DNA of 64,000 bases from Octopus vulgaris (Eukaryota): NCBI GenBank assembly GCA_951406725.2, contig OX597823.1:77934001-77998000 (forward strand), in the 5' to 3' direction. Under the pieces are notes generated by a model that was not told where the DNA came from, made no database searches, and was given only the letters and a program-made list of their open reading frames with translations. Shown piece by piece: positions 12,319 to 25,475 of this stretch. Within the stretch, counting starts at the first letter, position 1. Each line of letters starts with the position of its first letter. The position numbers and the translations under genes were made by a program.

Positions 12319-13279
12319 TGCCAACAATGCAAATTCAATAAATGTGTGCAAGTTAAACAATGCAAGTTGTTGCAGAAGTCTGTGTTAGTATTTATATATA
12401 TATAAATATATATCTGTAAACTCCATTTGACCTGTGTGTGTGTGTTGCATGTGTATGTATATATCAATATTTTTATATATGTGATTAGATCGAAGAATGT
12501 TTCATCAGTTCTATATGTATGTATGCCAATTGCAGAATATTATACTCTGCTGAAATGTACATGTGAGACATCTACAAAGGAATATCAGATGAATAGGTTT
12601 CCATTTCAACACAAGATAATAGAAATTGAAAGAATGGATAAATCTTTAGTTTTCTTATTATGACTCCATCTTATATTCTTACTGAAACATAGGGAGAAGA
12701 AAACAAAATTGCCCTTAAGATATTTGCACCTAAATTAAGGTATGGAGCTCACAATTAGCTTTCATTATCCAATTATACACCTGGATATCTTTAATTATAG
12801 TTGGAATCATATTTTCTCTCGTATTCATTTAAATATTGCCAAAGCTGGGGTTATTTAAGAAGACCTTCTTAGAAAGGAAACGAATGGGTAGTGAACTTAT
12901 TATTAAGAGAGCACAATGGACAAATTGGTTTATTAGTTTTTTCTTCTTTCAAGACTGGTTAGTATGTTTTTATTTACAAGATAGTCATTAATAAAATATT
13001 TATATGAATATGGGTGCAGTTAAGGAGTTTGCTTTGAAACCACATAATTTCAGGTTCAAACCCACTGTCTGGCACCTTTGGCTATTAAGAGATTTCTGCA
13101 ATAGCTCCAAGTTTACTCATATCTTATGAATGAATCTGGTTCTCAAGAAATGTTTGTCACATACATGCGCACACATACATATATGTATATGTGTGGTTGT
13201 GTATATGCTTGTTTGGAGAAAGATGGATTTAAATGTGTTCATAAATCTTGTTTTTGGTTCTGTGCTCATACTATCATAT

Positions 13280-13730
13280 AAGACATTTTGTGCCCTCATG
13301 AGAAGTCTGGTGTATGTACTGTCAAGATGATATTGAAAGTCCTTCTTCATAATCCAGGTTTTGATTCCATAGAGAAATATACTTTCTACACATGTTGAGT
13401 TTGAAATATTTGATTGCCAGATGTTTTGAAGTTTGTCTCAAAGTAGGGTTTGCTGGCCACAGGTAACTGCTGAACATTAGGCCACATTGGATGTTATATC
13501 TTGGAGACTTCTGTACCCTAACAGAGGATGAAAAACATTTACCTTCTTTGGTGTTATTGATACAGGCACTTAACATGGAACTGAAAATCTACCAATGCTA
13601 ATAGGGTGGGGAGGGACAGCACTTCCTGGTGCAGCATTGTAAGACACATCTCAGTTGCTACTGCTTGAAGTAGAAGTAATGGTGCTTCCACGACACAATG
13701 TAACCAAAATATGATCATGGAATAAAGATA
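13280..13730 (-). mobile_element. Decayed RTE-clade LINE ORF fragment
   Basis: Frameshifted ..VESIFLYGIKTWIMKKDFQYHLDSTYTRLLMRAQNV.. resembles the post-RT region of RTE LINEs. Confidence 0.65.
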
Positions 13731-13772
13731 AGAAGGGAAGTCATCAGATGATGTTAATATGATGGATAACAT

Positions 13773-14010
13773 TTATCATCATCATCATCATTTAACGTCC
13801 ATTTTCCATGCTGGCATGGGTTAGACGGTTCGACAGGGATCTGGGAAGCCAGGAGGCTGTACCAGACCCCAATCTGATCTAGCAGTGTTTCTACAGCTGG
13901 TTGCCCTTCTTCGAGAGTGTAGTGGGTGCTTTTTACATGCCACTGGCACAGGGGCCAGAGGAGCTGGCAAACGGCCACGATCAGATGGTGCTTTTTACAT
14001 GCCACCAGCA
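13773..14010 (-). mobile_element. Family B SINE-like element
   Basis: Homologous to 9661-10030. Confidence 0.85.
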
Positions 14011-16616
14011 TAGGGGTCATAGCTATCACTACTTAATGTCTGTCTTTTATGTTGGCATGGGTTTGATGTTTCAATGGGTGTTGATGCACGAGCAGGCAAT
14101 GTCTTGCTGTAGAAGAGTTACATGGTTACCTCCAGTTTGAAATAGAGAGGAAAATGCTGGTGATGCAGAGTTAGGGCATATCTCTGAAGGTACATGAAGA
14201 GGACTATAACAAAGAACAAAGGCAGAGGATCAGAAAGTGTGTGTGTCTGTGGTATAATTATTTTATAGCATGTTGGATGTTGATTTTCTCCTTACCCAGC
14301 AAAATATTATCAATGTGAAAAAAATACATTTATATAAGAAGCAATTATTGTGATTTCCATAGTTGTCTTTGGCTGAACAGACATCTGAGCACAAAAGTCT
14401 TCCAGCCATGACCATTCCATGTATTTATTAACATGGTAGGGTGTAATTTAAAAGGAATTTCGCAGCTATTTCTTGCATGCCTACTGACTATATGGGAGCT
14501 CCTTCTTTGATTCTTTAGATCAATAGTTTATTGTTTACATACTGTAATATAATTCATTATGGCTTTGACATTTCTTTTTTACATCTCTGAAATATATTAA
14601 AATTACATAAGAATATAATTTAACACATTAAATTCTGACTTTGTAGTTTGTATTTGAATTTGCTTTCTTTTTCATAATTCCATTACACTTTACTGTTTTC
14701 CAACTGGTTTTTAAATCTGTAATAAATCATAATATTACTATTGCCATCAAAACTAATTCATATTAGTTTAGTTCAATTAGAGCTTGTCACACTTCTTTTA
14801 AAATCTTTGATATTTTTTGCTTTTTGTTTTTGTTTTCATTTTACTTTGTAGATTTAGAAAGTTAATCATGGATATGACATGTTGATTCATAAAATAGTCA
14901 CCATTTTAAAAGGAAAAAAAAAAAAATCCATCATATTTGTATTAATCGTATGCTTTAAACACATATATAGTTTCTCCTAACATAATTCATAAATCCAGCT
15001 TGCATGCATTAGTAGCTGATTTTTTTTAATATCTTGTTTAGAAATAAATGGTAAATTAGTGACAGAAAGAATATTTTAATATGAATATGTATGATGTAAA
15101 ATAGAAGAAAAACAAAACAAATAAATGTCCATGGTGGAATATAACAAGAGCAATGTCTGTGCTATAGCAAAAGAAAGCTACTCGAAAAATGAGTCCTCGG
15201 AAAAAAATACAAAAATAGTAAAATGCATGTAAAATTAATGATCAGCAAATTTCATCTTTTTGTAATCATTTCATTGATATATATTGATCAAGAATATTTT
15301 CTTATGCTTATATTATTAAAGTGATTTGGCTTCTTGAGAGAAAAGCTTATGAATGTTGGAATGTTTTTCCTATGGTAGCCATGTTTATTGTAATGGCTAC
15401 CATAAAATGGTTGACATTTATCCGTGTAATTAAAGTTATAACGAACATAGCTTCTGTCATGGACTACCATTCCACTAATGGTTGGAGATTGTCACAGTGT
15501 TTACAGCATACTATAAAAGTCACAAAGAAAATTATTGCTTCCACAAAAAACAACTTGAAAATTCTATAAACCCAACATTTGGTATTTTCATATTCTGTAC
15601 TGTCTTTGAATAATGGCAGAAAATTATTTTTGCTTACTAGTTGTCTGTAGATATTGAGAAAGCAACATGGGGCACAATATTAGCAACCACATTGGTAATT
15701 ATTCCAAAATCATCTTTCAGATCTTTCATCGCAGAGCTAATTTCTTTGAATTGAAAACTCAGTTCATTTCTTATTAATCTTAACTAATGTCAAAAATTTC
15801 AAACAGTTACCATTTGTTATATTTCGCTTTCATAGGTAGGAGGTGTGGAAGAATAGTCTGCTTTTACTTCTGGTAATCATCAACATTTGTTGATTTTTAT
15901 TGGTAGAAAGTTTGAGATCTTCAAACAACTAAATTCATTTAATGAGAATTTGGAGTTGTGTTGGCCCTGACTAAACAGTCTCAAGATGGAATGAACTTTC
16001 TAGACATGACCATTCTGTCTTATTTTCATGTGTCATCATAAAGAAAGGCATCAAACTATAAGCACCATGCCAAAGTAGACAGTAGAACTTGGTACAGTCT
16101 TTTGACTTGCCAGCTCCTATCAAACCATCCAACTCATGCCAGCATGGAAAACAGACGTTAAATGATGATGGTGATGGCGATGATAATAATAATAAGTATA
16201 ACTTGAGCTATATTATTCATCGGGAATTTATAAGACACAAAGATGTGGTTTGAGAGGGGATTTGGCTGCTATTTTTAGCAGATTCGGTGCCCCCCCCCCC
16301 TGTGTTGCTAACTTAATCAGTAATTTTTGTCAAGGGTTGATTAAGTTTCTTGATAACTTTTATGGAACACGTGTGACAGTTAAGAAGTATCAATTGAATA
16401 CTAGGGTTGATTTGACTTACCCTTCGCCCAAACATGTTGGCTTTGTGCCAAAAATTTGAAATCAGTATTAATTTCCAGACTAGTTACTAGTTTTTCTCAG
16501 AATACAATTTCAAATATGCCCTCCATATTTTGTAATAAGTTGCTAGATTAGGATTTGAAGTAGATTTGGCTGTTATTTCTAGCAGCTCAATTGATTATAT
16601 CAAGGCGCACTGTTTA

Positions 16617-16992
16617 TCATCATCATCATCATCATCATCGTTTAACGTCCGTTTTCCATGCTAGAATAGGTTTGACGGTTTGACCGGGGTCTGGGAAGCC
16701 AGGAGGCTGCACCAGACTCCAGTCTGATATGGTAGTGTTTCTACAGCTGGATGCCCTACCTAATGCCAACCACGCCGTGAGTGTAGTGGGTGCTTTTTAT
16801 GTGCCACTGGCACAGGTGCCAGGGGAGGCTGGCAACGGCTACAATTGGTTGGTGCTTTTTATGTGCCACCAGCACGGAGGCCAGTCAAGGCGCTGCTGGC
16901 CAGTCAAGATGGTGCTTTTTACGTGCCGCTGGCTCAGATGCCAGGGTAGGCTGGCAATGGCCACGATCGGTTGGTGCTTTTTACATGCCACC
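16617..16992 (-). mobile_element. Family B SINE-like element
   Basis: (CAT)n tail plus GTGCTTTTT minisatellite units. Confidence 0.85.
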
Positions 16993-17668
16993 TTTAGAGA
17001 AATCATAAGTTTTGTAACTGCCAAATATCTTCCACTTAAGTTATCAATGAAATCAATCATCCTTTCATCAAAGCCACTGGTCTGCCACACCTGTAGTGAT
17101 TGGTCATAAACCTGCTAAAAATATTAGCTAAATCTCCCTCAAACCACACTCTTAAATAAGTATACATTGAATAATAAAGTACAAAGTATACTATGCGTGA
17201 AAACCGATGGGATAGTCATGACTAGAATTTCTTTGATCATACCACATGCAATTAGTATGTATTAAACCAACTGATCTAGCCCCAAGCAGTTAGTATACAT
17301 TAAGTATATTAATCTAGCCCCAAGCAGTTTGTATGTATTAAATATAACTTCACAAAATACACCATAACTAGAAATTTTTTATAGCTAGATAACAATCAAG
17401 GAAGTTATTTTTTATATATTAAATTTTTTATTTATCTGCATTAGTATTTTTATATTTCATGTTGTATTTATTTAAACATTTAACTAAACGTTTCCACCTC
17501 ATTAAGAATTAAGTTGTGAAAGCATTTAAGCTCATTGAGATTTATTTCTAGCTTTCATGAAGATTTTCAGAATGTAAAAGTTATAATTATCTCACTGACT
17601 CCTTAATATCTAGATTTATTATACAGATATGTTATTTTATAGTATGAGTGTAGGTGTAGGCATGACTG

Positions 17669-17709
<41 letters not shown>

Positions 17710-18010
17710 GTTTAACGTCCGTTTTCCGCGCTAGCATGGGTTGGACGGTTCGACCGGGGTCTGGAAAGCCAGGGGCTGCACCAGGCTCCAGTCTGATCTG
17801 GCAGTGCTTCTACAACTTGATGCCCTTCCTAACGCCAACCACTCCGCGAGTGTAGTGGGTGCTTTTTATGTGCCACTGGCACAGGTGCCAGGGGAGTCTG
17901 GCATTGGCCACGATCAGTTGGTGCTTTTAACGTGCCACCGGCACGGAAGCCAGTCAAGGCGGCACTGGTATTGACCATGTTTGGATGGTGCTTTTTATGT
18001 GCCACCGGCA
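17669..18010 (-). mobile_element. Family B element inserted in the head of an older family A SINE
   Basis: A-type head is split: GGCATGACTG at about 17660 resumes as CATGGTTAAGAA at about 18011. Confidence 0.8.
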
Positions 18011-19011
18011 CATGGTTAAGAAATTTTCTTCATAACTGCATGGCTTTAGGTTCAGTCCTGTTGCATGGTACCTTGGGAAAATGCCTTCTACTATAACCTC
18101 AGTCTAACCAAAACCTTGTGAGTGGACTTGGATCATGGAAAACGAAAGGGGTTTTTCATGTGTGTGTATATGTATGTATATACATAAAGTAAGGAGTATA
18201 TATAAAACCATAAATGATAGAAAAATAGTTTGATGAAATTTTATTTAACAAGAAGAAAAATTTTATCATCATGACAACTTGTTTTGTAACTTAAATCCAT
18301 ATAAATAATTTATGCTATTATATTCAATAATAAATAGATTACTTGCATGCCTACATTTATGCAAAATGCGAAGAATTCTTCAAAATAATGCCGAATTTAA
18401 GCTATATCCTCAGGTGAAAGAAAGTTTCTTTTAAACTGACCTTCATGGAATTTGAAATCAGAATGTGAAGAGCTGAAAAAAATACCACTAAACATTTTAT
18501 CTGATGCTCAAACAATACACCTGTACAATGATATTGTATGCCCTGATCATGGAAAGTAAAGTTGACAACTCCTGGCATGTTTCAGTCTTATTGTATCTCC
18601 TCTGCAAAGCATAACCATTTCCATCCTTGCCAGATTAATAAGAGAATCGTTATATTAATGTACAATAATATCATAATGACTGAGAAAAATACTCTGGGAT
18701 GCTAGTCACATGGAAAATAACAGTGACGATATACTTAATGTACTGAGAAGGGTAAAAATATCTAAGTAAGAAATAATTATGCTGCTCTTGCCAAAATGGT
18801 ATAAAATTAATTTTAACCATTAAGTTTCCTTCTCTTTTCACTGCTTAATTATTAATTAATTACATAATTATTATTATTAAGTAAATATGCACTGGGTATG
18901 ATAGTATGCACTTGGCTGTTATTTTTCATGCAGATAACAACTCTAAGAAAACTTCTGCCAATCACTATGACTTTATTTTTTCTCTCCCTCTCTATCCTCC
19001 TCTCTTTCTCT

Positions 19012-19065
<54 letters not shown>

Positions 19066-19339
19066 TACCTGTTTACAGGGAAATGAATAAGGTAACATGT
19101 TCAAGTGAACAAGATTTTAAAAAAAAATATTAATTAATTAAAATTTAAAAAAAAAGTTTAGTAATTTATGCAAGTCGTTCTTTCTATTCTTGGGAGTTTC
19201 ATTTGCAACAAGATTAATTTCATTTTTCAAATCAACATCTAAATCCGTCTGAAAATGAAATGAACCAATGTAGTTACTATATTGTTTCTTCTCATATTTA
19301 GTCTCTACTATTTCAGTCACTCTTTTAATGTAATTATTA

Positions 19340-19640
19340 TATGCTGCGTGGTAAGAGCTTTGCTTCTCAACCACATTGGTTCAGGTTCATTTCCACTGTG
19401 TGGCACCTTGGGCAAGTTTCTTCTACTGCAGCCTCAGGACAACCAAAGCCTTGTGAGTGGGTTTGGTAGACGGAAACTGAAAGAAACCCATAGACATAGC
19501 TGTATAGTAAGAAGCTTGCTTTCCAACCACATAGTTCTGGGTTTTATCCCCCTGCATGGCATCTTGGGCGAGTATAACCTTGGGCTGATAAATGCCTTGT
19601 GAATGGATTTGGTAGGTGGAAACTGAAAGAAACCCATTGT
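19340..19640 (+). mobile_element. Two tandem family A SINE heads
   Basis: The head to GGAAACTGAAAGAAACCCAT segment occurs twice. Confidence 0.8.
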
Positions 19641-19966
19641 GTGTGTCAGTGTGCCTTTGTGTCTATGTCTGTTCCTCTTAGTTAAAAGACACCTGTTGTC
19701 AATGTCCTGTTATTTGTATTTGTGTACCATTTCTCCGTTTTTTTTCCATCCTTGTTTCCACATACATTCGCTGCTTTCTTCCAAGGAATCTATTGCTCTT
19801 AGCTTAGTGTTTCCTTGGGGATGGCCAGATTGGGGCAATCTCGAGTATAGCCAGCTGAAATTGCAAAGATAATCTGGAACTCAACTGAGGAAAGAAAACT
19901 CCGAATAACTCGTCCTTGTTTTCTTTGTACCTTCTGTCTGGCTGTTTTGCGTTCTTGTTCCATTTT

Positions 19967-20013
<47 letters not shown>

Positions 20014-20707
20014 TGTAATTGAAAATGACATATTTTCTATTGGCTGGTCAGTATCCTAAATGCCATGATTCTACAACATTAACAACAGTTGTTATTGTCT
20101 GTTATTGTTTGATAAACTTCAGGGTCAGTACCATTATCCTACTTAGAAATCATGTATCATTAGCATCACAAAATGGTGTTGAAGAATCTTTGCATTTTTC
20201 ATTTCTTGAGAGAGATCAATGATACTTAATCTTTAAGAGTCATATAAGCTTTGAAAGAAGAACAAAAAATAAAGAAAAGCGCACTCATTCATTTTTTTGT
20301 AAAAATATATTTCCTTGATGTATTGAAAGCTGCATTATATATCTCTATCAATATTTTTGATCATGTTGGAAACTCTTGTAGACTCACAGACAAACCTCTT
20401 CACTTGGGAATTATTCATAAAGACGACTGTAGACATTTGAAGAAGTAGTGTTGAAGAATTTAATTAACACCTGAATTTTTAAATATGTTCTTCCTAGAAA
20501 ACATCTAATTATTGAGTAATTTAAATAGATATCTAATTTTCTTTTATAATCACACCATATACTGTGGTAGTTGCATAGCAATCTAGATATCATTTATCTA
20601 TCTTTTTTATTTTTAATGAATGTTTTTCTTTTATTTTTCCACTAATATAGAAGGAAATCCACTAATAAGAATAGCACACTGCAAACTCTTGATCAACACA
20701 CACACAC

Positions 20708-20766
<59 letters not shown>

Positions 20767-21264
20767 AAACGTGTAACCATTAACTGAATCAAGATGCCTG
20801 TAATATATAAGCAGTGTGAAACGTTTATTACTTAAAGATTGGCAGTGATTGCAAAGTTTTACTAAATGAAACTTTTCACACTAACAGCTTAAAAAACTCC
20901 ATTACAATAATATATATATAAAGCATTGATATATAAAAATTATATAAAGGATGTTTGCTAGTTACTAATACAGAAAAGGAGAAAAATCCGTCTGGCATTT
21001 CCTTTCTGTCCCTCAGACAGGGAGGCACTCTAGCCATTCTGGGGCATTGGCATATGTTTGTATATATATATATATATATATATATAATAATAAATATTAG
21101 GGAATAAATCCAAATTTACAGGGAAAAAATCAGATTTAGGACTAAATCCAATTTTATAGTAAAATATTATATAATATTAATTCGAGACAAAACCACTATT
21201 TTGCAAAACAAACAAGGAAAGACTTAATCAATACATAAAATTTTAATATAAAGTAAATAAACCA

Positions 21265-21308
21265 CCACTACAATCGTTTCATGTCTTCAAATGACATTCG
21301 TTAGGTGG
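21265..21308 (-). ncRNA. Hammerhead copy with G5A change (CUAACGA), predicted inactive
   Basis: Mirror of 21351-21394 except core G5 to A. Confidence 0.8.
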
Positions 21309-21350
21309 ATTTCCGATTTTCAAATCAGTTTCAATTTGAAAATTGGAAAT

Positions 21351-21394
21351 CCACCTGACGAATGTCATTTGAAGACATGAAACGATTGTAGTGG
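21351..21394 (+). ncRNA. Intact minimal type-I hammerhead ribozyme (44 nt)
   Basis: CCAC-CTGACGA-ATGTC-ATTTGAA-GACAT-GAAA-CGATTG-TA-GTGG; complete core, stem I CCAC/GTGG, stem II ATGTC/GACAT, GUA site at 21388-21390. Confidence 0.88.
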
Positions 21395-21478
21395 TGGTTT
21401 ATTTACTTTATATTAAAATTTTATGTATTGATTAAGTCTTTCCTTGTTTGTTTTGCAAAATAGTGGTTTTGTCTCGAA

Positions 21479-21520
<42 letters not shown>

Positions 21521-21524
<4 letters not shown>

Positions 21525-21710
21525 AGAATTCATGAAAAAAACATAAGATGAAGACAGGTGGTGTAGAAAACAAACAGATGTATTAGTATAAGGCTCAGGA
21601 ACTGAAAAAGTCTTTTACATTTTGAGCCTATGCTCGTCTACAGAAAGGAACACAGAAAGAAACAAGGAGAGAAAAAAAATGTGTGTAGTGGCTACCAATC
21701 TATCATGATG
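21521..21710 (-). mobile_element. Family H1 (TA)n-anchored element with mutated HHR
   Basis: Homologous to 2752-2952; keeps CTGTAGA but GAAAC has become AAAAT. Confidence 0.8.
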
Positions 21711-21853
21711 AATTGTAATATTCCACTTAGGTATTGCAATTCTAATAAGTTGTGTAGAACTCAATATATGTATGCTTCTAAATGGAGTCTCAGTTGAGAA
21801 CAGAGTCGTAATAAGAAAAAGAAATGACAAAGAAATAAATGATTGTCTTCATT

Positions 21854-21921
21854 AGCTTACAGCTGTTTCTGCAGACTCATAACTGAGTACCTGAGTAAAA
21901 TCTTATAGCTTCATCAGAGCC
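21854..21921 (-). ncRNA. Type-I hammerhead with long stem II
   Basis: Minus strand: GGCT-CTGATGA-A-GC..ACTCA..TGAGT..GC-A-GAAA-CAGCTG-TA-AGCT; same GAAACAGCUGUAAG as 3033-3084; decayed inverted copy at about 21950-22050. Confidence 0.75.
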
Positions 21922-22245
21922 TGAAACACAAAGTGAGGTTCTGTAAGGTGTTATTCAGTTACTCAATTATGAGTCCACCACATCTTATAGGGAAAACAAC
22001 TGAAAGCTAATTAAGTTTATAAGATAATCAGTTACTTCTTCGTAATCTTTTTTTCTTATATATCTTGAATATAAATTGGTGCAGAAAATAAAAATGCTTG
22101 CATTCTGAAGATACTTGATACTTATCATGTCACTACGACCTATGGAAATGCAGTGAAACACTGATTAACCTGTTGAAAAACTATAAAGTATAATGCTATT
22201 GTTTACAAATGCATGTATGATAATGAATATTTTAAAATATGTAGT

Positions 22246-22662
22246 TTACTCTTACTCTTTTCTCTTTTCCTTGTTTCAGTCATTTGACTGCGGCCATGCT
22301 GGAGCACCGCCTTTAGTCGAGCAAATCGACCCCGGGACTTATTCTTTGTAAGCCCAGTACTTATTCTATCGGTCTCTTTTGCCGAACCGCTAAGTGACGA
22401 GGACTTAAACACACCAGCATCGGTTGTCAAGCAATGCTAGGGGGACAAACAGACACACAAACATATACACACACACTTATATATATATCCATATATACGA
22501 CAGGCTTCTTTCAGTTTCCATCTACCAAATCCACTCACAAGGCATTGGTCGGCCCGAGGCTATAGCAGAAGACACTTGCCCAAGATGCCACGCAGTGGGA
22601 CTGAACCCGGAACCATGTGGTTGATTAGCAAGCTACTTGCCACACAGCCACTCCTGCGCCTA
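22246..22662 (-). mobile_element. Family A SINE, young full-length copy
   Basis: CpG-rich; head GGCGCAGGAGTGGCTGTGTGG..GGTTCCGGGTTCAGTCCC; (AAGAGTA)-type tail. Confidence 0.92.
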
Positions 22663-22669
22663 TATTTAT

Positions 22670-22886
22670 GCATGTGGTGCTGAAAAGTCCCTGGTTTTAA
22701 GGGTAGAATGAAAAGCCTGCTTGCTGGCCCAACCTTCCAAGTCTTTGTACAGAGCTTAGAAAATCTGAAGGATCACTGCAATAAGTGTGTGAACCAGAGA
22801 AGGGGAATATGTTGAATAAAATCATAACTACCTGAACTGCCTGCATTTTCTTTTACCCAAAACCAGGAATTTTTCAGCACCCTCTC
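22670..22886 (+). mobile_element. Mariner-derived MITE
   Basis: TIRs GGTGCTGAAAAGTCCCTGGTTTT / AAAACCAGGAATTTTTCAGCACC; internal remnant KCVN..GEYVE*. Confidence 0.75.
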
Positions 22887-22948
<62 letters not shown>

Positions 22949-23973
22949 ATGTGTGTGAGAGAGAGTTTGTTTTTGTGTTTATCGGTCATTGTATGACAAC
23001 TGGTATTGATCAGTTTTATGTCCCTGCAGCTTACCAGTTCAGCAAAAATTGACTGATAGAGTAATTATCAAACTTTGGCCATATCCAGCCCAAATATTCT
23101 GCCTTTTTTGTGTTCAAAATGGCTAGATCTAACTTCTCCCGCTTACTCTATAATGCCCTTCTAAAATATATACAATCACATTACCAAAATCTCAAAACTG
23201 CAAGATAATACATGATTAATTCAAAACTATATGAATAAATATGTATTACATTTGTCTGAATAACATGAATGCTAAACAGTTAAAATAAAACCTGAGATTG
23301 ATTAAATCCTTCAAATCTGTACTCCAGGGTGGTTATAGTTCAATAACCAAAACAAACAAATGAAAATATGCCTGAAAGATGCCAATGAACGAAACTTTTT
23401 GCTCTTGAGTCACTTAGTAACTTCTCTCTGATTAAATTAAATTATGTGTTTGAACATATCTTCAATTTAGTAGCTCGGTACTATAAACACTGAGCAACTA
23501 GTATGTTTTTGATTTCAGTTTGTAAAGGAATATAGCTTTAAAAAAAAAATGTTCTGAATTTTTATTTTATTCTCAAAATGTGATAATTTTTTTATATCAT
23601 TTTTTAATTATTCTTTAAAATACATCAAAGTAAAGAAACCATCGTCAATCTGTTTGCAGCTAAAGCTAAGGAGTGTTATTTTGAATAACTTTTCTGAGAA
23701 TTATTTGTAAGCAGCTGTGTTATTAAGATATATTATTTTGGCAAATCATATACTAACCCCCACCATAGAGTATGAAATGTGTTACCAGTTTGTCTACTTC
23801 CATAAATGAATTCTGTAAGATCTAAATAGAAATAAATGATAGATAAGGTAATTATATAGATCAAGTCTTATATTTATTGAACATAAGATTTACTTGCTTT
23901 GGAAATTTGGTAAATACTATCTATAGAAATGTTGATTTCATTATGCTGATTCTTAAGTTAGAAAACAACAAAC

Positions 23974-25065
23974 ATGAGCAAACATTAGTGTGTGGGAATA
24001 TAGTTTCTTATAGCAGAATCTTTTGATGAACTGACAAACTTTGAAATTTGAGCTGGGTTCAGTTATAATACATGAAAGGGAATAGGGCTAGACTAATCTA
24101 CTCACTGGTGTTCTTTGTATTGATTTGTAAGAAAGGAGCTGGAGGTCTTTGATTCTCTGTTGTGAATGAAATTAATGAATATAGAGAAGGTACAGTGGAA
24201 TTTTAGGTAGACTCAGAAAGAAGCAGAATTTTAGTAGTACAAGATATACTGGATTATGTAGCAGTCAGAATAAACCAGAATCTAAATTAAGAAGTGAAAT
24301 AGAACCAGTATGTGTGTGTGTTTGTTATTGACGTGGTGACCCACCCAAGATACAACAAAATATATTTCAATGAGCAAACATTGGTGAGTGGGAATATAGT
24401 TTCTTATAGCAGAATCTTTTGATGAAATGACAAACTTTGAAATTTGAGCTGGGTTCAGTCATAATACATGAAAGTGAATAGGGCTAGACTAATCTACTCG
24501 GTGGTGTTCTTTGTATTGATTTGTAAGAAAGGAGCTGGAGGTTTTTGATTCTCTGCTGTGAGTGGCTGTGTGGTAAGTAGCTTGTTTACCAGCCATATGG
24601 TTCCGGGTTCAGTCCCACTGTGTGGCACCTTGGGCAAGTGTCTTCTACTATAGCCTCGGATCGACCAAAGCCTTGTGAGTGGATTTGGTAGACGGAAACT
24701 GTAAAAAAAGCCCATCGTATATATGCATATATATGTGTATGTGTGTCTGTGTTTGTCCCCCCAATATCATAACCGATGCTGCTGAGTTTACGTCCCCGTA
24801 ACTTAGTGGTTCGGCAAAAGAGACCGATAGAATAAGTACTAGGCTTACAAAGAATAAGTCCTGGGGTCGATTTGCTCAACTAAAGGCGGTGCGCCACCAT
24901 GGCCACAGTCAAATGACTGAAACAAGTAAAAAAAAAAAGTAAATGAAAATAATGAATATAAAGAAGGTACAGTGGAATTTTAGGTAGATTCAGAAAGAAG
25001 TAGAATTTTAGTAATACAAGATATATTGAATTATGTAACAGTAGGAATAAACCGGAATCTAAATT
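23974..25065. repeat. Local ~315-bp tandem duplication with templated junction insert
   Basis: Copy 1 at 23974-24288; insert at 24286-24372; copy 2 at 24370-25065, interrupted by a SINE. Confidence 0.9.
24561..24940 (+). mobile_element. Family A SINE, young copy
   Basis: Full head to tail; the empty site is visible in duplicate copy 1 at about 24165. Confidence 0.92.
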
Positions 25066-25159
25066 TCTGTTGCATATATGATGTGATTAGTGCTGTTATT
25101 GTGTTATTGTTTATCCTCTTGTCAGCTCTTTATGATCAAAGTCAAGAGTAAAGATTCCC

Positions 25160-25475
25160 TTCGGTCACAAACGACAATAGGATTGCACCGAAACAACTCA
25201 CTTCCAATGCACAAGTCTGGACGAGTTTGTTTTGTGGAAGACTAGCAGTTGCTCATGCATAACAGTTTCTCATTTTCATGCTACTAATGTTATCAAAGGG
25301 AAAGACAAAGGTTGATACAGCTTGGCACCAGTGATGTCACAACACATTTCTACAGTTGAGTGAACAGGAGCAACATGAAATAAAGTGTCTTGCTCAGGTA
25401 CACAACATAGCCCAGTCTAGGAATTGAATTCACCACCACACAGTTGTTAGCTTAATACACTAACCACTTAGTCAT
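25160..25475 (-). mobile_element. Old tRNA-headed SINE of a distinct family
   Basis: Minus strand: CATGACTAAGTGGTTAG..GAATTCAATTCC..CCTGAGCAAGACACTTTATTTC. Confidence 0.6.

Larger units (their letters stand above)
21168..21491. repeat. 158-bp near-perfect inverted repeat with 8-nt loop (fold-back pLTR-like element)
   Basis: Arms 21168-21325 and 21334-21491, loop CAGTTTCA; the two mismatches seen are both G.U-compatible on the + strand. Confidence 0.95.

Noticed and set aside
16788-16992. Regularly spaced GGTGCTTTTTA(C/T)GTGCCAC repeats resembling a CRISPR array (also near 9840, 17860, 29130 and 35340)
   Set aside because: The spacers are homologous to each other, the array is internal to a multicopy SINE-like element, the context is eukaryotic and there are no cas genes.
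19800-19970. HHR-like words in a TA-adjacent element (TGGC..GCCA-GCTGAAATTGCAA and CTGAGGA..GAATAAC..GTC)
   Set aside because: Core nucleotides and stems cannot be assembled into a hammerhead; at best a heavily decayed relative.
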